From NCBI GenBank assembly GCA_963693365.1, contig CAVNZM010000001.1, forward strand, positions 8,448,907-8,512,906: DNA of 64,000 nucleotides. The letters are read 5' to 3'. Shown piece after piece: positions 1 through 20,654 of this stretch. Every line of letters starts with the position of its first letter. Within the stretch, counting starts at the first letter, position 1. The stretch comes from Amoebidium appalachense. Lineage: Eukaryota; Protista; Ichthyosporea. The notes under the pieces were generated by a model. That model saw only the letters and a list, made by a program, of their open reading frames with translations, was not told where the DNA came from and ran no database searches. The translations under genes were made by a program, and so were the position numbers.

Positions 1-375
1 CACACACACGTGCATCTACACAGTCGCACACACAGACACGCACACATACATACACAAGAACACACAAGCGCACATGCACGCACGCACACTCAGGCGTGCA
101 CGTGCGTGCTCAGATCCACCCACCCACACACACACACGGGCACACCCACCCACCCACCCACCCACCCACCCACACACACACCCACACACACACCCACACA
201 CACCCACACACCCACACACACCCACACACACATACACACACACGACACCTACCCAACCACCCACCCACACGTCCCGCCCCATACACACACATCACATTCA
301 CTTTTAAACGAGCACACACACGTACACAAACACTTCAGCGAACTACACCGAAAAACCTAACCTTCCCCCTCGTAG

Positions 376-498
376 GTGCTCGCAACCACGTCAATCGACT
401 CTGTCTGGCTGCCGACGTTCCTCTTGTTGAGAGTGGCACGGCAGGGTACCTGGGCCAGGTGACCGTCATAAAGAAGGTGTGTGTATGTGTGTGTGGTT

Positions 499-549
<51 letters not shown>

Positions 550-1296
550 CGCGTGAAATGTGTTCTTCTTATTGTGCGGGCATTTACGTGTGCAGAAGCA
601 TTCGGCCGTGGCAGTGCTGGTGGGTTGGAGGTTGAATACGAGTGAGGGGTAACACGAGGATAGGAAAGTTAGAATGGGTGGTGGTGGTGTGTGTGTGTGT
701 GTGTGTGTGTGGTGTGGTGTGGGGGGGGGGGGGATGGATGGGGGGGATGGAGGGGGGGGGGGGGGAGAGGGGAGAGGAGGTGAAGAGCGATATGTGATAA
801 TGTAGGACGAGAAAAGGGCAGGGGGAGGGGAAGGGGAAGAGAGGGCTCAACTTCTGTGTGCTGAGGGCAGGGGGGGGGGGGGGGGAGAGAGAGAGAGACA
901 GGGGGGGCAGGGGGGAGGGAGAGGGGAGCAGGGGTTGGGAGAGGGGGATTGAGGGGTTGTTAACTGACGGAGTGTGTGCAGGGTCGTACCGAGTGCTTCG
1001 AGTGCCAGCCAAAGCCACCACCAAAGAAACACCCCGTCTGCACTATCAGAAACACCCCGTCACTGCCCATACACTGCATCGTCTGGGCAAAATACCTTTT
1101 CCAGTACGTGTCTGTGTTTCTCTGTGGCTGTACTTGTGATGAATGGTCGTGTGGGTGGGTGGTCATGGGTAGGGTTGTGTTCGTGCATGGGTGTTTGCGT
1201 AATGTGCTTGGTGTAGTGTGGATGAGGTGTGGAAGCGAGGGATAGGGGCACATAAGTCAGTTACAGTGTGCATGTGCATGAACACGACACACGTTC

Positions 1297-1354
<58 letters not shown>

Positions 1355-1394
1355 ACACGCACGCACACACACACGCACACACACACGCACACAC

Positions 1395-1435
<41 letters not shown>

Positions 1436-1749
1436 CCCCTAGCTACCTACGGACCGACCCACCCACCCACCCACCGACATGCACACACACACACCCACAC
1501 CCACTCACTGCCACAGATAGCCACACAACCATCACAAATGCCTCCTCCCCCCCCCCCCCCCTCCCCTCGCCCCTCCGTCTGTCCCCCCACGCACACACAC
1601 ACAACCCACAGGGAGAGACACACACCAACCCTACGACCCACCCACACCCACCCTACATTAACCCATCCACACCCATCCACCCACATCCACCCACCCACAC
1701 ATACACACCTCCCCCCTCCCCCCCCCCCCCCCCATTCCTGCCCCACCAC

Positions 1750-1780
<31 letters not shown>

Positions 1781-2052
1781 CATCAATCCCCCCCCCCACC
1801 CCCCTCCCCTGTCTCCCCCTCCCCCACTGATGTACACACACACACTGACTGTGTGCTTGCAGGCAGCTGTACGGCCGTGCCGATGATGACAGCGCCATAT
1901 CACCGAACACAGAGGATCCGGAGGCTGCAGGTGTGTGTGTGTTTGTGTGCGTGTGTCTGTTGGGGGGGGGGGGGGGGAGGGGGGAGAGGGGGGGTAAGAT
2001 GAAAGGGCCATGGAACTGAGTTTGTGAATAGGGGTTGTTTGAGTGGGGAAGG

Positions 2053-2084
<32 letters not shown>

Positions 2085-2516
2085 GGGCTGGAAGGGGGTT
2101 GAGGAGAGGACCGACTTGGTTGGAAGCGAGGGTAGGGGAGGAATGGGGGGGGAAAGGGAGAGGGGGGGGGGGGGGGGGGGGGGGGGGGGAGGGAGTGGTC
2201 GTGCTTGTGTGTGTGTATGTTTTTTTTTTTATAAAAAAAAAAGGGGGGGGGGGGGGGGAAGAGCAAAATGACGGTGGGGGAAGCAAATATTATCGACTTG
2301 ACATGGTTGGAGTAAAGCTGACCTGCAGGGCACAGGGGAGGGTGCAGGCAAGGAGAAGGACGGGGCAGGGCCCAGGGATGGGGAGGTGTCTGTGCTGAGG
2401 AGATGGGCTGCATCGGTGCAGTATGAGCCCCAGGGCATATTCGACAGGGTACGTGGGTGCGTGTACGTGTGTTTTGTGTGTGTGTGTGTGTGTGTACGTG
2501 TAAACGTGAGTGTGTG

Positions 2517-2591
<75 letters not shown>

Positions 2592-2629
2592 CGCACACTC
2601 CTATGTATGCATGCACGTGTGTGTATGTG

Positions 2630-2690
<61 letters not shown>

Positions 2691-3074
2691 AGGAGGGGAG
2701 AGGTGCAGAGGTGAGGACGGCGAAGGAGAGGAGGTATGGGGGGTTAGGGAGGAAAGAGGAATATGGTTGCGGGAGACATTCGCCAGGGGCGGTTACAGGA
2801 GAGGGAAAGAGAGTAGGGAAAGGGGGCAAGGGGAGAGGCAGAAGGGCAGAAGAAGTGGAGAGGTGATGGCACAACCCTAGCCCCAAGCAATCGGCTTGCA
2901 GGTAAGTTTGGCGAAGGGGTAGGTGTGCATTTGGGTGAGGGGTAGAGGTGGAGGGGGGGCCAGCACGCGTTGCGGTAGAGAGGAAGGGGTTAGATTCCGG
3001 GCGCGGGGGTTGGCGTGTGTGTGTGTGTGTGTGTAATGTGTGCCACCGGTGGGGTGGGTGGGGATGGGGATTTT

Positions 3075-3105
<31 letters not shown>

Positions 3106-3724
3106 AAGGGGGGGGTTTGAAGTTAATGCTGATTGTGACGTGTTCGTGTGTGTACAGGTGTTCCGTGCAGACATCGAAACACTTCTGTCAATGAGCAAAC
3201 TGTGGGAAAAGAGACGTCCCCCCACCCCCCTTGGATCCGACAGCCTGCCAGACACAGTCGAACAGGTGCAGGGCCAAAACCAACTGCCCAGCCAGCAGCT
3301 GTGGCCACCAAGAAAGTGTGCTGACGTGTTCATGCAATGGTGTACTACCTCCCCCATATCCCTCCCCCCACTCCTCCCCCCCCCCCTCCCCCCCCCCAAA
3401 TTTTTTTAATTAAAAATGAAATAAAAATAAAAATATAAATCAATAATTAGTTAAAAATAATTAAATAGATAAAAATAAAATACAATGATAAAGAAAGCCA
3501 CACCTACCCCTCACGAACATGGATGGGCTTTTCTACCCTGGTTAGGCTCATTTCTGCAAAAATTGCCTTGTGTTTTCTGTAGTGAATCTTCTTTGTAACG
3601 ACTTAGCCACACACAACACATACCCCCCCCCCCCCCCCCCCCCCCCCTCGCCCGGACACACACACGGAAACACCCACAGCACACTCTGACACGCAGATAT
3701 CACTCACACTCACACCCACACACG

Positions 3725-3761
<37 letters not shown>

Positions 3762-4967
3762 TTCCTCCCTCCACTCACCGCCTACTCACAAATACACTCT
3801 GGTTCATCTGACACTTGGTTGCAGTGTGCAGGGTCTTACGTCACGGAGAGAGGGCATGGGTGACCCGGAGGCAGAGCTTGACTGGGACAAAGATGACCAG
3901 CTGGGTGGGTGTACACGTGCAGAGACGGGGGGAGGGGGGGGTGGAGACAGAGACAGACAGGCACGGGGAGAGAGACAGAGATAGGCAGACACGGAGACAG
4001 AGATAGAGATAAAGAGGAAGAAACATGCTCAGATGTGCATGGGTGGCAGGCGAATACAATGAGTGGTGGCATGGGGATAAATGCGAGTGTACACGGGTGC
4101 ATATATGGAGGCACCCAGGGACAAGAAAGGGAGGAGGCACGATGGAAACGTTTAGATATGGAAATGATGCGCACAGGCAGACACGGGCACACAACACATA
4201 CTCACAGAGGATGTTTGCATGCTCCTACCTCACCGTCAAGCCGGGTGTTGGTTCTTTGCATGTTGTTTTCTTAGTGCTTTCACACATCCTAGTTAGTCTT
4301 GGATTTTTTCAATTTTTCAACTCTTTCACCTACTAATCAGTCTTTAAGTATTTTAACTCTTTTACATATCCTAGTCAATCTTTGATTGTTTAAACTCTTT
4401 TACATATCCTAGTCAGTCTTTAATTTTTTTTAACTTTTTCACATATCCTAGTCAGTCTTTAATTATTTAAGTTTATTACATATCCTAATCAGTCTTAATG
4501 ATTTTAATTATTTAAATTTTTTACATATCCTAATCAGTCGTTAATGATTTTGACTCTTTTACATATCCTAGTCAATCTTTAATTGTTTCAACTCTTTCAC
4601 ATATCCTAGTCAGTCTTGGATCATTTTAACTCTTTCACATATCCTTGTCAATCTGGGATCATTATAACTCTTTCACATATCCTAGTCAGTCAAAAATAAT
4701 ATTAACGATCACTACACTTTCTACGTACCCCGTTCCCTTACCCTTGGCCATTCCCTCCCTCATATCTTCTAATCATTTCCTCACTCGGAGTCCGTCGTTC
4801 TTCATCTCCCTACCCCCGTGCTTCCCCTGCCCTTTCCCCTGCGTCTGACCCCCCCCTCCCCCCCTCCCTTTCAGCCATGGACTTTGTGACTGCCGCAGCC
4901 AACCTTCGTGCCCACGCCTTTGGCATTCCTCTCAAGAGCCCCTTCGACGTCAAATGTACGTGCATGA

Positions 4968-4999
<32 letters not shown>

Positions 5000-5122
5000 G
5001 GGGGAGGGGGGAGGAGAGGGGGGGGGGGGGGGGAGAGGAGGGGGGGGGGGGAAGGGGGCAGGGTAGAAGCTTACCGGGGGAGGAGGGCGGGTGTTGGAGG
5101 GGTGGGTGGTGGTGGTTTTGGA

Positions 5123-5159
<37 letters not shown>

Positions 5160-5908
5160 AGGGTACCTTCAAGGGTGGGGGGTGAGGAGGGGGGAGTGGG
5201 GGAGGGGGGGGGGGGGGGAGGCGGGGAAGGAGGGTGTTCAGGCATCGAGCAGGCATAAAGCGAGCATAGAGGGGGCATAGAGCGTGCATAATGTGGGCAT
5301 AGATCGGGCACAAGAGCAGGGCTGCATTGACAGTCATGTATGCTGTTGCAGCCATGGCGGGCAACATCATCCCAGCCATAGCCACCACCAACGCCATCAT
5401 AGCGGGCCTGATCGTGCAGGAGGCACTCAACATCCTGGCTGGCAGATGGGACAGCTGCCAGACCGTACGTGTTAAACTGCACTTGCACACACACACACAC
5501 ACACTGCACACATGCATGTGTGTGTGCGCATGCTTGCATCCTTCTCTACAACACCACTGTGCACGCTCCGAACATATTGGACGTGCACACGTACATGCAC
5601 ACGTAATAATCGGGGCACATGCGCAGACCCACATGTAAGGACTTGTGCACGTGCTTTGCACATGCAGAATGATACGATAAGTGTGTACGTAGAAAGAGAG
5701 ACCGAGATATGGGGTTGGGAACCACATACAGATAAAGAAACAATTAACAATTGTATGGCTTATGCATCGCGATGGTATGGGTAGGGGAAGAGGGGATTGG
5801 GTAGGGTGGGGGTCGGTGGTGGTGTGTGGGGAAGGGGGAGCGGGGTGGGTCTTTGGTGGGGGGGGTGTGAGTTGTGTTTGTGTATGTGTGTGTGTGTGTG
5901 TGTGTGTC

Positions 5909-5951
<43 letters not shown>

Positions 5952-8900
5952 GTGTGTGTGTGTGTGTGTGTGTTTGGTGTGTGAGGGTGGGGGAGGGGGT
6001 GGGGTCGGTGAGGGAGAGAGAAGGGTCGTTGAAAGGAGAGGGGGGGAGGGGGGGGACCGAAAGGGGGGGTCAGGGGTTAGAAGCTAACAATCTCTCTCTC
6101 TCATAGACGTACCTATGGCGTACCCCAAATGCACGCAAGCGCCTGCTGGTGCCTGATGCCTTGGCCCCACCAAACCCAAAGTGCTACGTGTGTGCGCCAA
6201 AGTACGTGCGTGCGGGGTGGAGGGAAGGGGATGCACACACGCACGTATGCGTACACATACCAAACGTGCACAGGCATGCGGGCTTGCACAAGTACACATG
6301 CACATGCACACCAAGGGATGCACATGGGCATACAGACACAGACACAACGGCACAGACACACGCACACACACGCACACTGAGCCAGCATAGATGTAGGTAT
6401 GACGGGTGAGAAAGAAGAGGCTGTCCATGGGCATGTGTGTATGTGTGTGTTTAGGGAGGAGAAGGGGGAAGGGGGGGATGACGGAGGGGTAAGGGAGGGC
6501 AGACGTTCATGCGTCTGCCTGCACTCATGGCCTCCAAATATGCGTGCACGTTCCAATATCCATTCGTACAACCATGCTAACACACCAAATACCACATGCA
6601 TATCTTAAGGGACGGTCGCACACACTAGACGCATTTTTATACATAGACCTAACTATCCCCCCCCCCCCCCCCCCCCCCCCCTCCCCCCCCCCCCCCCCCC
6701 CCCCCCCGCCCGCCCCCGCCCCCCCTCCCCGCAAACACACACACACACATTGCCCACATAACTAACCCCACCTTTCCACCTCCTTCCTCTGCCTCAACAG
6801 GCCCAGCGTCGAGGTGCACTGCGGGCTCAATCACATGACCCTCAACCAATTACAACACCTCGTTTTGGTGGGCAAGCTGGGCATGGTAGCGCCTGACGTC
6901 ATGCACGGAGCAAGCATCCTTCTGAGTAGCGAGGAAGGGGATACACCGCCGCACGTGCTCAACAATACCTTGGCCGGGTTGGGGTTGAAGAGTGGAATTG
7001 AGTTGCAGGTGGATGACTTCTTGCAGCAGTATACATTGACAGTGGTGCTCAGGGACAGGTGTGTGTAAAAAAAAAATGTGTGTGTGTGTGGGTGTGTGTG
7101 GGGTGGGTGGGGTGGGTGGGGGGGATGGGGGAAGGGGGGAGGGGGAGGAGAGGAGGGGGGATGGGGGGGGGAGGAGGGGGTGGGGTGGGGGGAGGGGGGG
7201 GGGGGAGGGGGAAGAGGGGGGGGATGGAAAAGGGGGAAGGGGGGAGTGGGTGGGTGGGGGAGGGGGGGGGTGGGGGGGATTGGGTGTGTGTGGGTGGCAA
7301 GGGGGGAGGGGTGGGGAGGGTGGGGGGGTGGGAGCAGGAGAAGGGGAAGGTTTGGGGGGAGAGGGGGGAGGCGGGGAAGCGGGCGGCTGCCTGTGTGTGT
7401 GTGTGCGTGTAGGGGGGGGCGGAAGGGGGAGGGGGGACGCGGTGGAGGGGATGGAGAAGGAGGGGGATGTCCGTGTGTGTGTGGGGCGGGGGGTGGGTGG
7501 GTGTGTGTGCGGGGGAACGGGGTGGGGAGAGAGGGGCTGTTTATAGGCTGGACATGTGTGCAGGAATTAGTTGGTGGCACCATTTGACCAAAAATGGGTG
7601 TGTGTTCACTTATCAAGTTATTTCCTATTTCATCCCGTCTTTGTTCGCTTCCCTCGGTTATAGATCGGTTCTGCCCCCTCCAATATAGATGTCATATTCA
7701 ATTTCGAACAGATACCCCCTCCCTCCCCCCCCCCCCCCCCCCCCCCCCCCTCCCCCCGCCTCTTCCCTTTTGCGCAATATACTGACCGAATATATTTTTT
7801 TTTTGCAGGCCCGATATGGCAGAAGGGACAGACTTTGAGGTAGTGGGCAGTGCAGAGCCCCAGGCAGCAGCATCGGAAGAAGGGTCCAAGGAGGAGGAGG
7901 AGGAGGAGGAGCCAATGATAGTGGAGGTGGTCGATACGAGGTGTGTGTGTGTGTGTACGTGTGTGTGTGTACGTGTGTGCGTACGTGTGTCTGTGTGTGT
8001 GTGTGTGTGTGTGCCTACCTGTCTATCTGCCTGCCTGCGTGCACGCACGCACGGGTGCACACACACATGCACATGTGTGCGTGCGTGTTGTGTATGGAAA
8101 CTAATATACATGTGTGTGCACGAACACTACGTGTGGGTGTGCATGCACGTACGGCCATGTGCACGTGTGTGTGTACATGTACGTAAAGCATGCGCATGTT
8201 CAAACACTGTGACATGCACTGGCGGACACTCGTACGCGTGCATGTATGAGCGTGCAGGCACACGGCACACGCACACACACGCTCAAGGGTGCACACGGGG
8301 ACGGGCACGTGCACGCACGCGCAGCACAAACATTTAATCATCTGCACATGCACGCACACAACAAACAACACAATCCACATTACATCAAAGATACACAATG
8401 CACACATAGATACTTACACGGACAGAGCACACATACCAGCAGACAGAGAAAAAAGCCCAATGCACACGACCATTTCATCAGGATGCGGGGTCCAGCCCAC
8501 ACATATCCCCTTCCATCATTTATTTATTACCATCTATGACCACACAACATTCTTTCTCTTGCCCCCCCCTGGGTCCTCCCTGAGGATGGGCTCTGCTTAT
8601 GACGCATACTGTGCACATGGCTGATGTTGCATACTTGAATGTTTGCCTTTGCATGTGTCCTGCACCATGCTTCTCGTCGTGTATGCGTACTTCGTACCGT
8701 GTTCCGCATTCAACCCCCCCCCCCCCCCCCCCCCACCACCACCACCATCCCTCCCTTCACACATTTCACTTTTTGTCCTGCGGAAAACATAAAGTAGATG
8801 AAGAAATGAAGAATTAGGTTCGGAAGCCAAGCAATTTATTATGACATAACCACTCACCATTACCACTATGACCATCAGTCATCTTTTTATATTTTGACAA

Positions 8901-8992
8901 TTTTCTCCTTTTCCTCCTTTTTCTCCTACAGAAAACGCAAAGCGGACGAAGACGTAGGGCCCGAAACCAAGCAGCCCCGCCTATCCGACTAA
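376..8992 (+). CDS. UBA2: SUMO-activating enzyme E1 catalytic subunit (UBA2/SAE2), 5' exons lie outside the window
   Basis: GT-AG exons joined in frame by hand: 376-476, 982-1103, 1863-1930, 2336-2448, 3158-3339, 3825-3904, 4875-4955, 5352-5464, 6107-6201, 6801-7058, 7809-7940, 8932-8992. Motifs: [28 protein letters not shown]; Zn pair CFEC; catalytic PVCTIRNTP; LDWDKDD; [12 protein letters not shown]; [14 protein letters not shown]; PNPKCYVC; ubiquitin-fold domain (DDFLQQY); acidic tail and basic NLS-like RKRK before TAA at 8990-8992. Confidence 0.96.
4275..4695. repeat. AT-rich minisatellite, about 36-38 bp unit, about 11 copies, in a UBA2 intron
   Basis: Repeated AACTCTTTYACATATCCTAGTCAGTCTTTAATT-like unit, clearly distinct from the surrounding G/CA-rich intron. 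Confidence 0.9.
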
Positions 8993-8995
8993 TGA

Positions 8996-16138
<7,143 letters not shown>

Positions 16139-16566
16139 ACCCACAGCCGCGGCAACCCGCGCGTGTTAGCCCTGCCCTCCCCTCGTGCGAAACAAACGAC
16201 GCACGCACAGACCTCCACAACACCCCCTCCCTGCTCTGTTTTGTGCCTGTCTGCTTGCAAGTGTTTGTGTGTGTGCGGATGATGATGTGATGCGTCTATT
16301 CAGATCTATTTTTCCCGCCAAGTGGCTCATGGGGCATTTTTTTCCGCTTCATTTTTTTTCAAGTTTTCCTTCCCCTTCTTTCCCAGTCCACTCGAACATT
16401 GTAAACATAAGATCCAGAACTCTTATGAAGGTTTTCCGAGTACACACATACACCCGCTTTTTTGCCTGGTAGTTTTTTTTTTTTCCAATCTCTTTTTTTT
16501 TTTTTTGCTTTTCTGCGCGTGCTGGTTGACTATGAGTGTAGGCGAGACTGCCCCCGACCTTTAGCC
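16139..16566. promoter_or_regulatory. Divergent (bidirectional) promoter region between PCID2 and the PX-cyclin gene, with an E2F-like site
   Basis: ATGs point apart at 16138 (-) and 16567 (+), 428 bp between them. The spacer lacks long microsatellites and has TTTCCCGCC at 16311-16319. Confidence 0.5.
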
Positions 16567-16693
16567 ATGGACGGGCCGACGGAAGCAGTGGACGCACCCA
16601 CGGTGTCTTCGGTCCACCAGGGACAGCAGGCGTCGCTTGTCGTCCAGTCGTACGTCAAGAATCTGGTGCGTGTGTGTGCGTGTGTGTGTGTGT

Positions 16694-16734
<41 letters not shown>

Positions 16735-17537
16735 TCGTGTGTGTGTGTTGGTGGGGGAAAGGGGACGGGTGTGTGGGTGTGTGGGTGGGTGTGGAAAAGG
16801 GGATGGTTGTGTGTGGGTGGGTGGGTGGATGGTTAGATGTTTGTGTGGGTGTTTGTATGTGCGTGTGTATGCAGGGGCCATGGCGTAATGGTGTATTTGT
16901 ATTGCATGGCGATCCTGCGGTGTATGCACCCGTGCTGAGTTGTGCGCACACGTTTCGGGACGTTAGTGTGGTTGTGTACTTGGTGTGTGTGTGTGAAAGC
17001 ACGCTTTGACGTGCGTTTGTGTGCGTGCTTGGGAGTGGCACGTCCTGTGAGGTATGTATGTTTGTGTGCAAATTTGTGCATGTGCTGGGTGTTTGAGTGT
17101 GTGCAAGAGCACCGCCCTATGCAATTGAACGAGGGTGGTTGTGGTGTGGGTTTGGTTTGGTGTGCACGCACACACAGGTGTGGAGGATGTGCGTGTGTGC
17201 ATGTGTGCGCGTGTGTCTGTGTGTGCGCATCTCTACGGTGTGCGTGTGCGCATGCGTGCTTGCGCACACACACACACACCTCGAAGTGCACGTCTGCATA
17301 TGTACGTGCACGTATATGTGTGTGTGTGCCTGTGCGCTTGGTTTTCTGCTTTCGCTTGCAGGAGTCATGCTATTAGTTATTGCCTCAGCTGGTCTAACAC
17401 CTCCCCTCCCTCCCCCTATTCCTTCATTCCCCCTTCCCCCCGACCCCCCTTCATCCTCTCCTCCCCTCCTTCCCCCTTCTTTCCCTTCCCACCTTCACCC
17501 GTACCTGCCCCCTACCCCCTCCCCTACTTTCCCCTCC

Positions 17538-17588
<51 letters not shown>

Positions 17589-17755
17589 TCCACCTGCAGT
17601 TTCTTGTACACCATGGAGCTCTGACCCCTCAGCCTGGTGTACCGGACCTGCGCCTGACTATCCGGTCTGCCCGTTTGGTCTCCAATCTACCCTGGCGACC
17701 GTATCATGTACGCTCACCCACCCTGTTGTTCCGTTTTTACCTCTCTCTCTTGTTC

Positions 17756-17819
<64 letters not shown>

Positions 17820-18975
17820 CCCCCCCCCCCACCTTTCCCCCCCCCCCCCCCCCCCCCCCCCTCCCTCCCCCCCCCCCCTCCCCCCCCCCCCCCCCCCCCC
17901 CCCCTCTCTCCACACATCACCCACGATCTCTCCCCCTGCATGTTTTTCTTCCTGCGTGCCCACTGTTTCACACTGCTCCTGATAGAGCCTCGGGTTTTTT
18001 TTGTTTTTTTTTGAAGGGGGAGGGTGTATACCTTGCTGTGTCATGCGCCCTATTAGTTTACAAGTGGTCAGATCGCCAGCCTGTAGAAATGTGTATGTGC
18101 GGATATGGCGGATGGGGGGCGGGCGGGCGCGGGGGGGGGGGGGGGGGGGGGGGAGGGGGAGGGGGGCGCTGAATGGGGGGAGAGGGGGGGGGGAAGGTGT
18201 GTGTGTGTGTGCGTGCATGTGTGTGCGTGTGTGTGCATCTGCGCTGCAGCAACCCTGCTTTTTTTCTTGTGTGTGTGTGTGCTTGCAGTGACCCCCCTCC
18301 CCCTCCCCCCCCCCCCCCCCCCCCCTTTTTTTTTTTTTTTTTTTGCAGGTGTACAACATCGAGGTTTCATGTGAGCATGGCTGGTGGACGGTGCAGCGCA
18401 GATACTCTCAATTCCTGGCCTTCCACACAGCCGTGAGTAATGGAATCCCTATTGATCAAGTGTGTGTATGCGCCTTTTCGCGTGTGGCTGCAACTGTTGC
18501 ACTTTCGTTCCTTTTTCAATGTTCCTTTGGATTAGGTAAGAGGTCTTGAAGGGCCGGGCTTTTCCCCTTTTCTTTCTTTCTTTCTTTCTTTTCTTTTCTT
18601 TTTCTTTCTTTTTTTTTTTTTTTTTTTGTGGGAAGGGGGGAGAGGGGGCGGGGGGGGAGGGATAAATGGGAAAGGAGTGAGAGAAGGTTGAGAAGGGAAA
18701 AGCTCCCAGGATGCCGGAGGGGGGCAAGAGGGGGAGATGCGGAGGGGAAGTGTGTGTAGGTGTGTGTGTGGGGGGGGGGGGGGGGGGGAGGGGGGTATAG
18801 AAGCGCATCACCACTACTCCAAGCACACCCTAACACTAACCACACAAGGAACCATTCCCATTGATTCTGTCTTTACTTGTATATGAATCAAGAAAACACA
18901 AATCAGTCAGTCGGTTTTCTCACCACTCCCCTCCCCCTCCCTCCACCCCCCCAACATTTTTCTTCCCCCCCCCCC

Positions 18976-19007
<32 letters not shown>

Positions 19008-19339
19008 AGAGTGTTGGGTGGGTTCGCTACGCTGGTCTCGAGGCCCTGCCAGGCAAGGTTCTATTTATATACCCAAGCAGTAGGCTGGCCCAGCAAAGGA
19101 TGGCCTCTTTGGCCCGATATCTTCAAGGGGTGGCTCACAGCCCCGTGGCATATGACCCCCGCTTTTGGCAGTTCTTAGGTGTTCGATCGTGGATGCTAAA
19201 CTTCATACCCGATAGCCCACAGTCGTTTCCCGCACCGGACCCGTCTGCTCTTGCGCGGGAGTTTTTGTATCACAGTAGGCGCACGGCGGCTACGCGATTG
19301 ATAGGTGTGTGTGTTTTTATTCTTCGCCTGTCGTTTCAA

Positions 19340-19370
<31 letters not shown>

Positions 19371-19625
19371 ACAAACACTCATACACACACACTTGCATTG
19401 GGCTGCGAACTACCACCATGACCCTCACACACCCACCTTTGCGCTCGCGCATGCATGCATGCACGGACACCCGTGCATGCGTGATGATACACACACACAC
19501 ACGCACACACACATACAAACACACGTATTTCTTATTAAATTGAGTTGTAGTGAAGGCACTCTATTCAATGCGCTGACCTGCCATTCTCATCATGTATTTA
19601 TCTTGTCTCCTGCACGGTGTTTTAC

Positions 19626-19656
<31 letters not shown>

Positions 19657-19840
19657 GTCATCGAATTCATCTTGTTTGGGAATAAATTTAACTGTGTGGG
19701 GCTGGAAAAGAAAGCTAAACTACTCAATTGACGCAAGAAACAGTGGAGCGGGCATGCGTTTGTGCAAGATCAGAATTTCTGTGTAGCACTTTTTTTTTTT
19801 TTTTTTCCTTTTTTTTTTTTTTTTTTAGGTGTGTGTGTGT

Positions 19841-19871
<31 letters not shown>

Positions 19872-20609
19872 TGAGTATGTGTGTATTTGTGCAACGTCAG
19901 CAATGCTGTTTTTAACCCCTTTTTATTTCCCTTTCCCCTTCCGCCCCTTTTCCCGGGGTGAATCCACAGAGTATGCAGCGTCATTGCTACGCACCGTATC
20001 CACGCAGGACGCACCCATTCCCGGTGGAGCCAGACAACCACCACCACTACGCGAGCTACTAGTGCTGTTGGTGCACACAGGCCGCATGTCGTTCACATCA
20101 TTCAGCCTAGCGCTATACTACCTCAGAAAGATACGCCGGTTGAGAGGAAAACACAGCATTGTGGGACCACCCCACCTGCTGTTTATTGTTGGGTTGATTG
20201 TAACGGCAAAGTTCTGGTTTGACGAGCCGCCACACCCGATTATCAATAACTGGTTCACTCCTGCGGTAGGTGGTTGGTGTGGGCTTTGCTCCGATGAATT
20301 TGCTTGGGGTTTGGGGAAGAGGTGGTGTGTGTGGAGGGGGGAGAGGGGAGGGGGGTAAGGAGTGTTTGTTGGTTGCTGCTTGGTGGATTGCACAGTGCGT
20401 GGAGTGGAGAGGCCGGGATGCATATCGGGCTAACAGTTTGTTCATTTCGAGACATACACTCCTTCCCCCCCCCCTCCCCCCCCCCCAAAAAAAAAAAATA
20501 AAAAAAGAAAAGAAAAGAAAAAGAAAAGAAAGAAAATCCATCTATCCCCCCTGCAGCTCCCCCCCCCCCCCCACCACCACCACCACCACCACCACCACCA
20601 CCACCACCA

Positions 20610-20654
<45 letters not shown>

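Noticed and set aside
4275-4695. CRISPR-like array (about 37-bp periodicity)
   Set aside because: There are no unique spacers or cas genes; it is a degenerate head-to-tail minisatellite in a eukaryotic intron.
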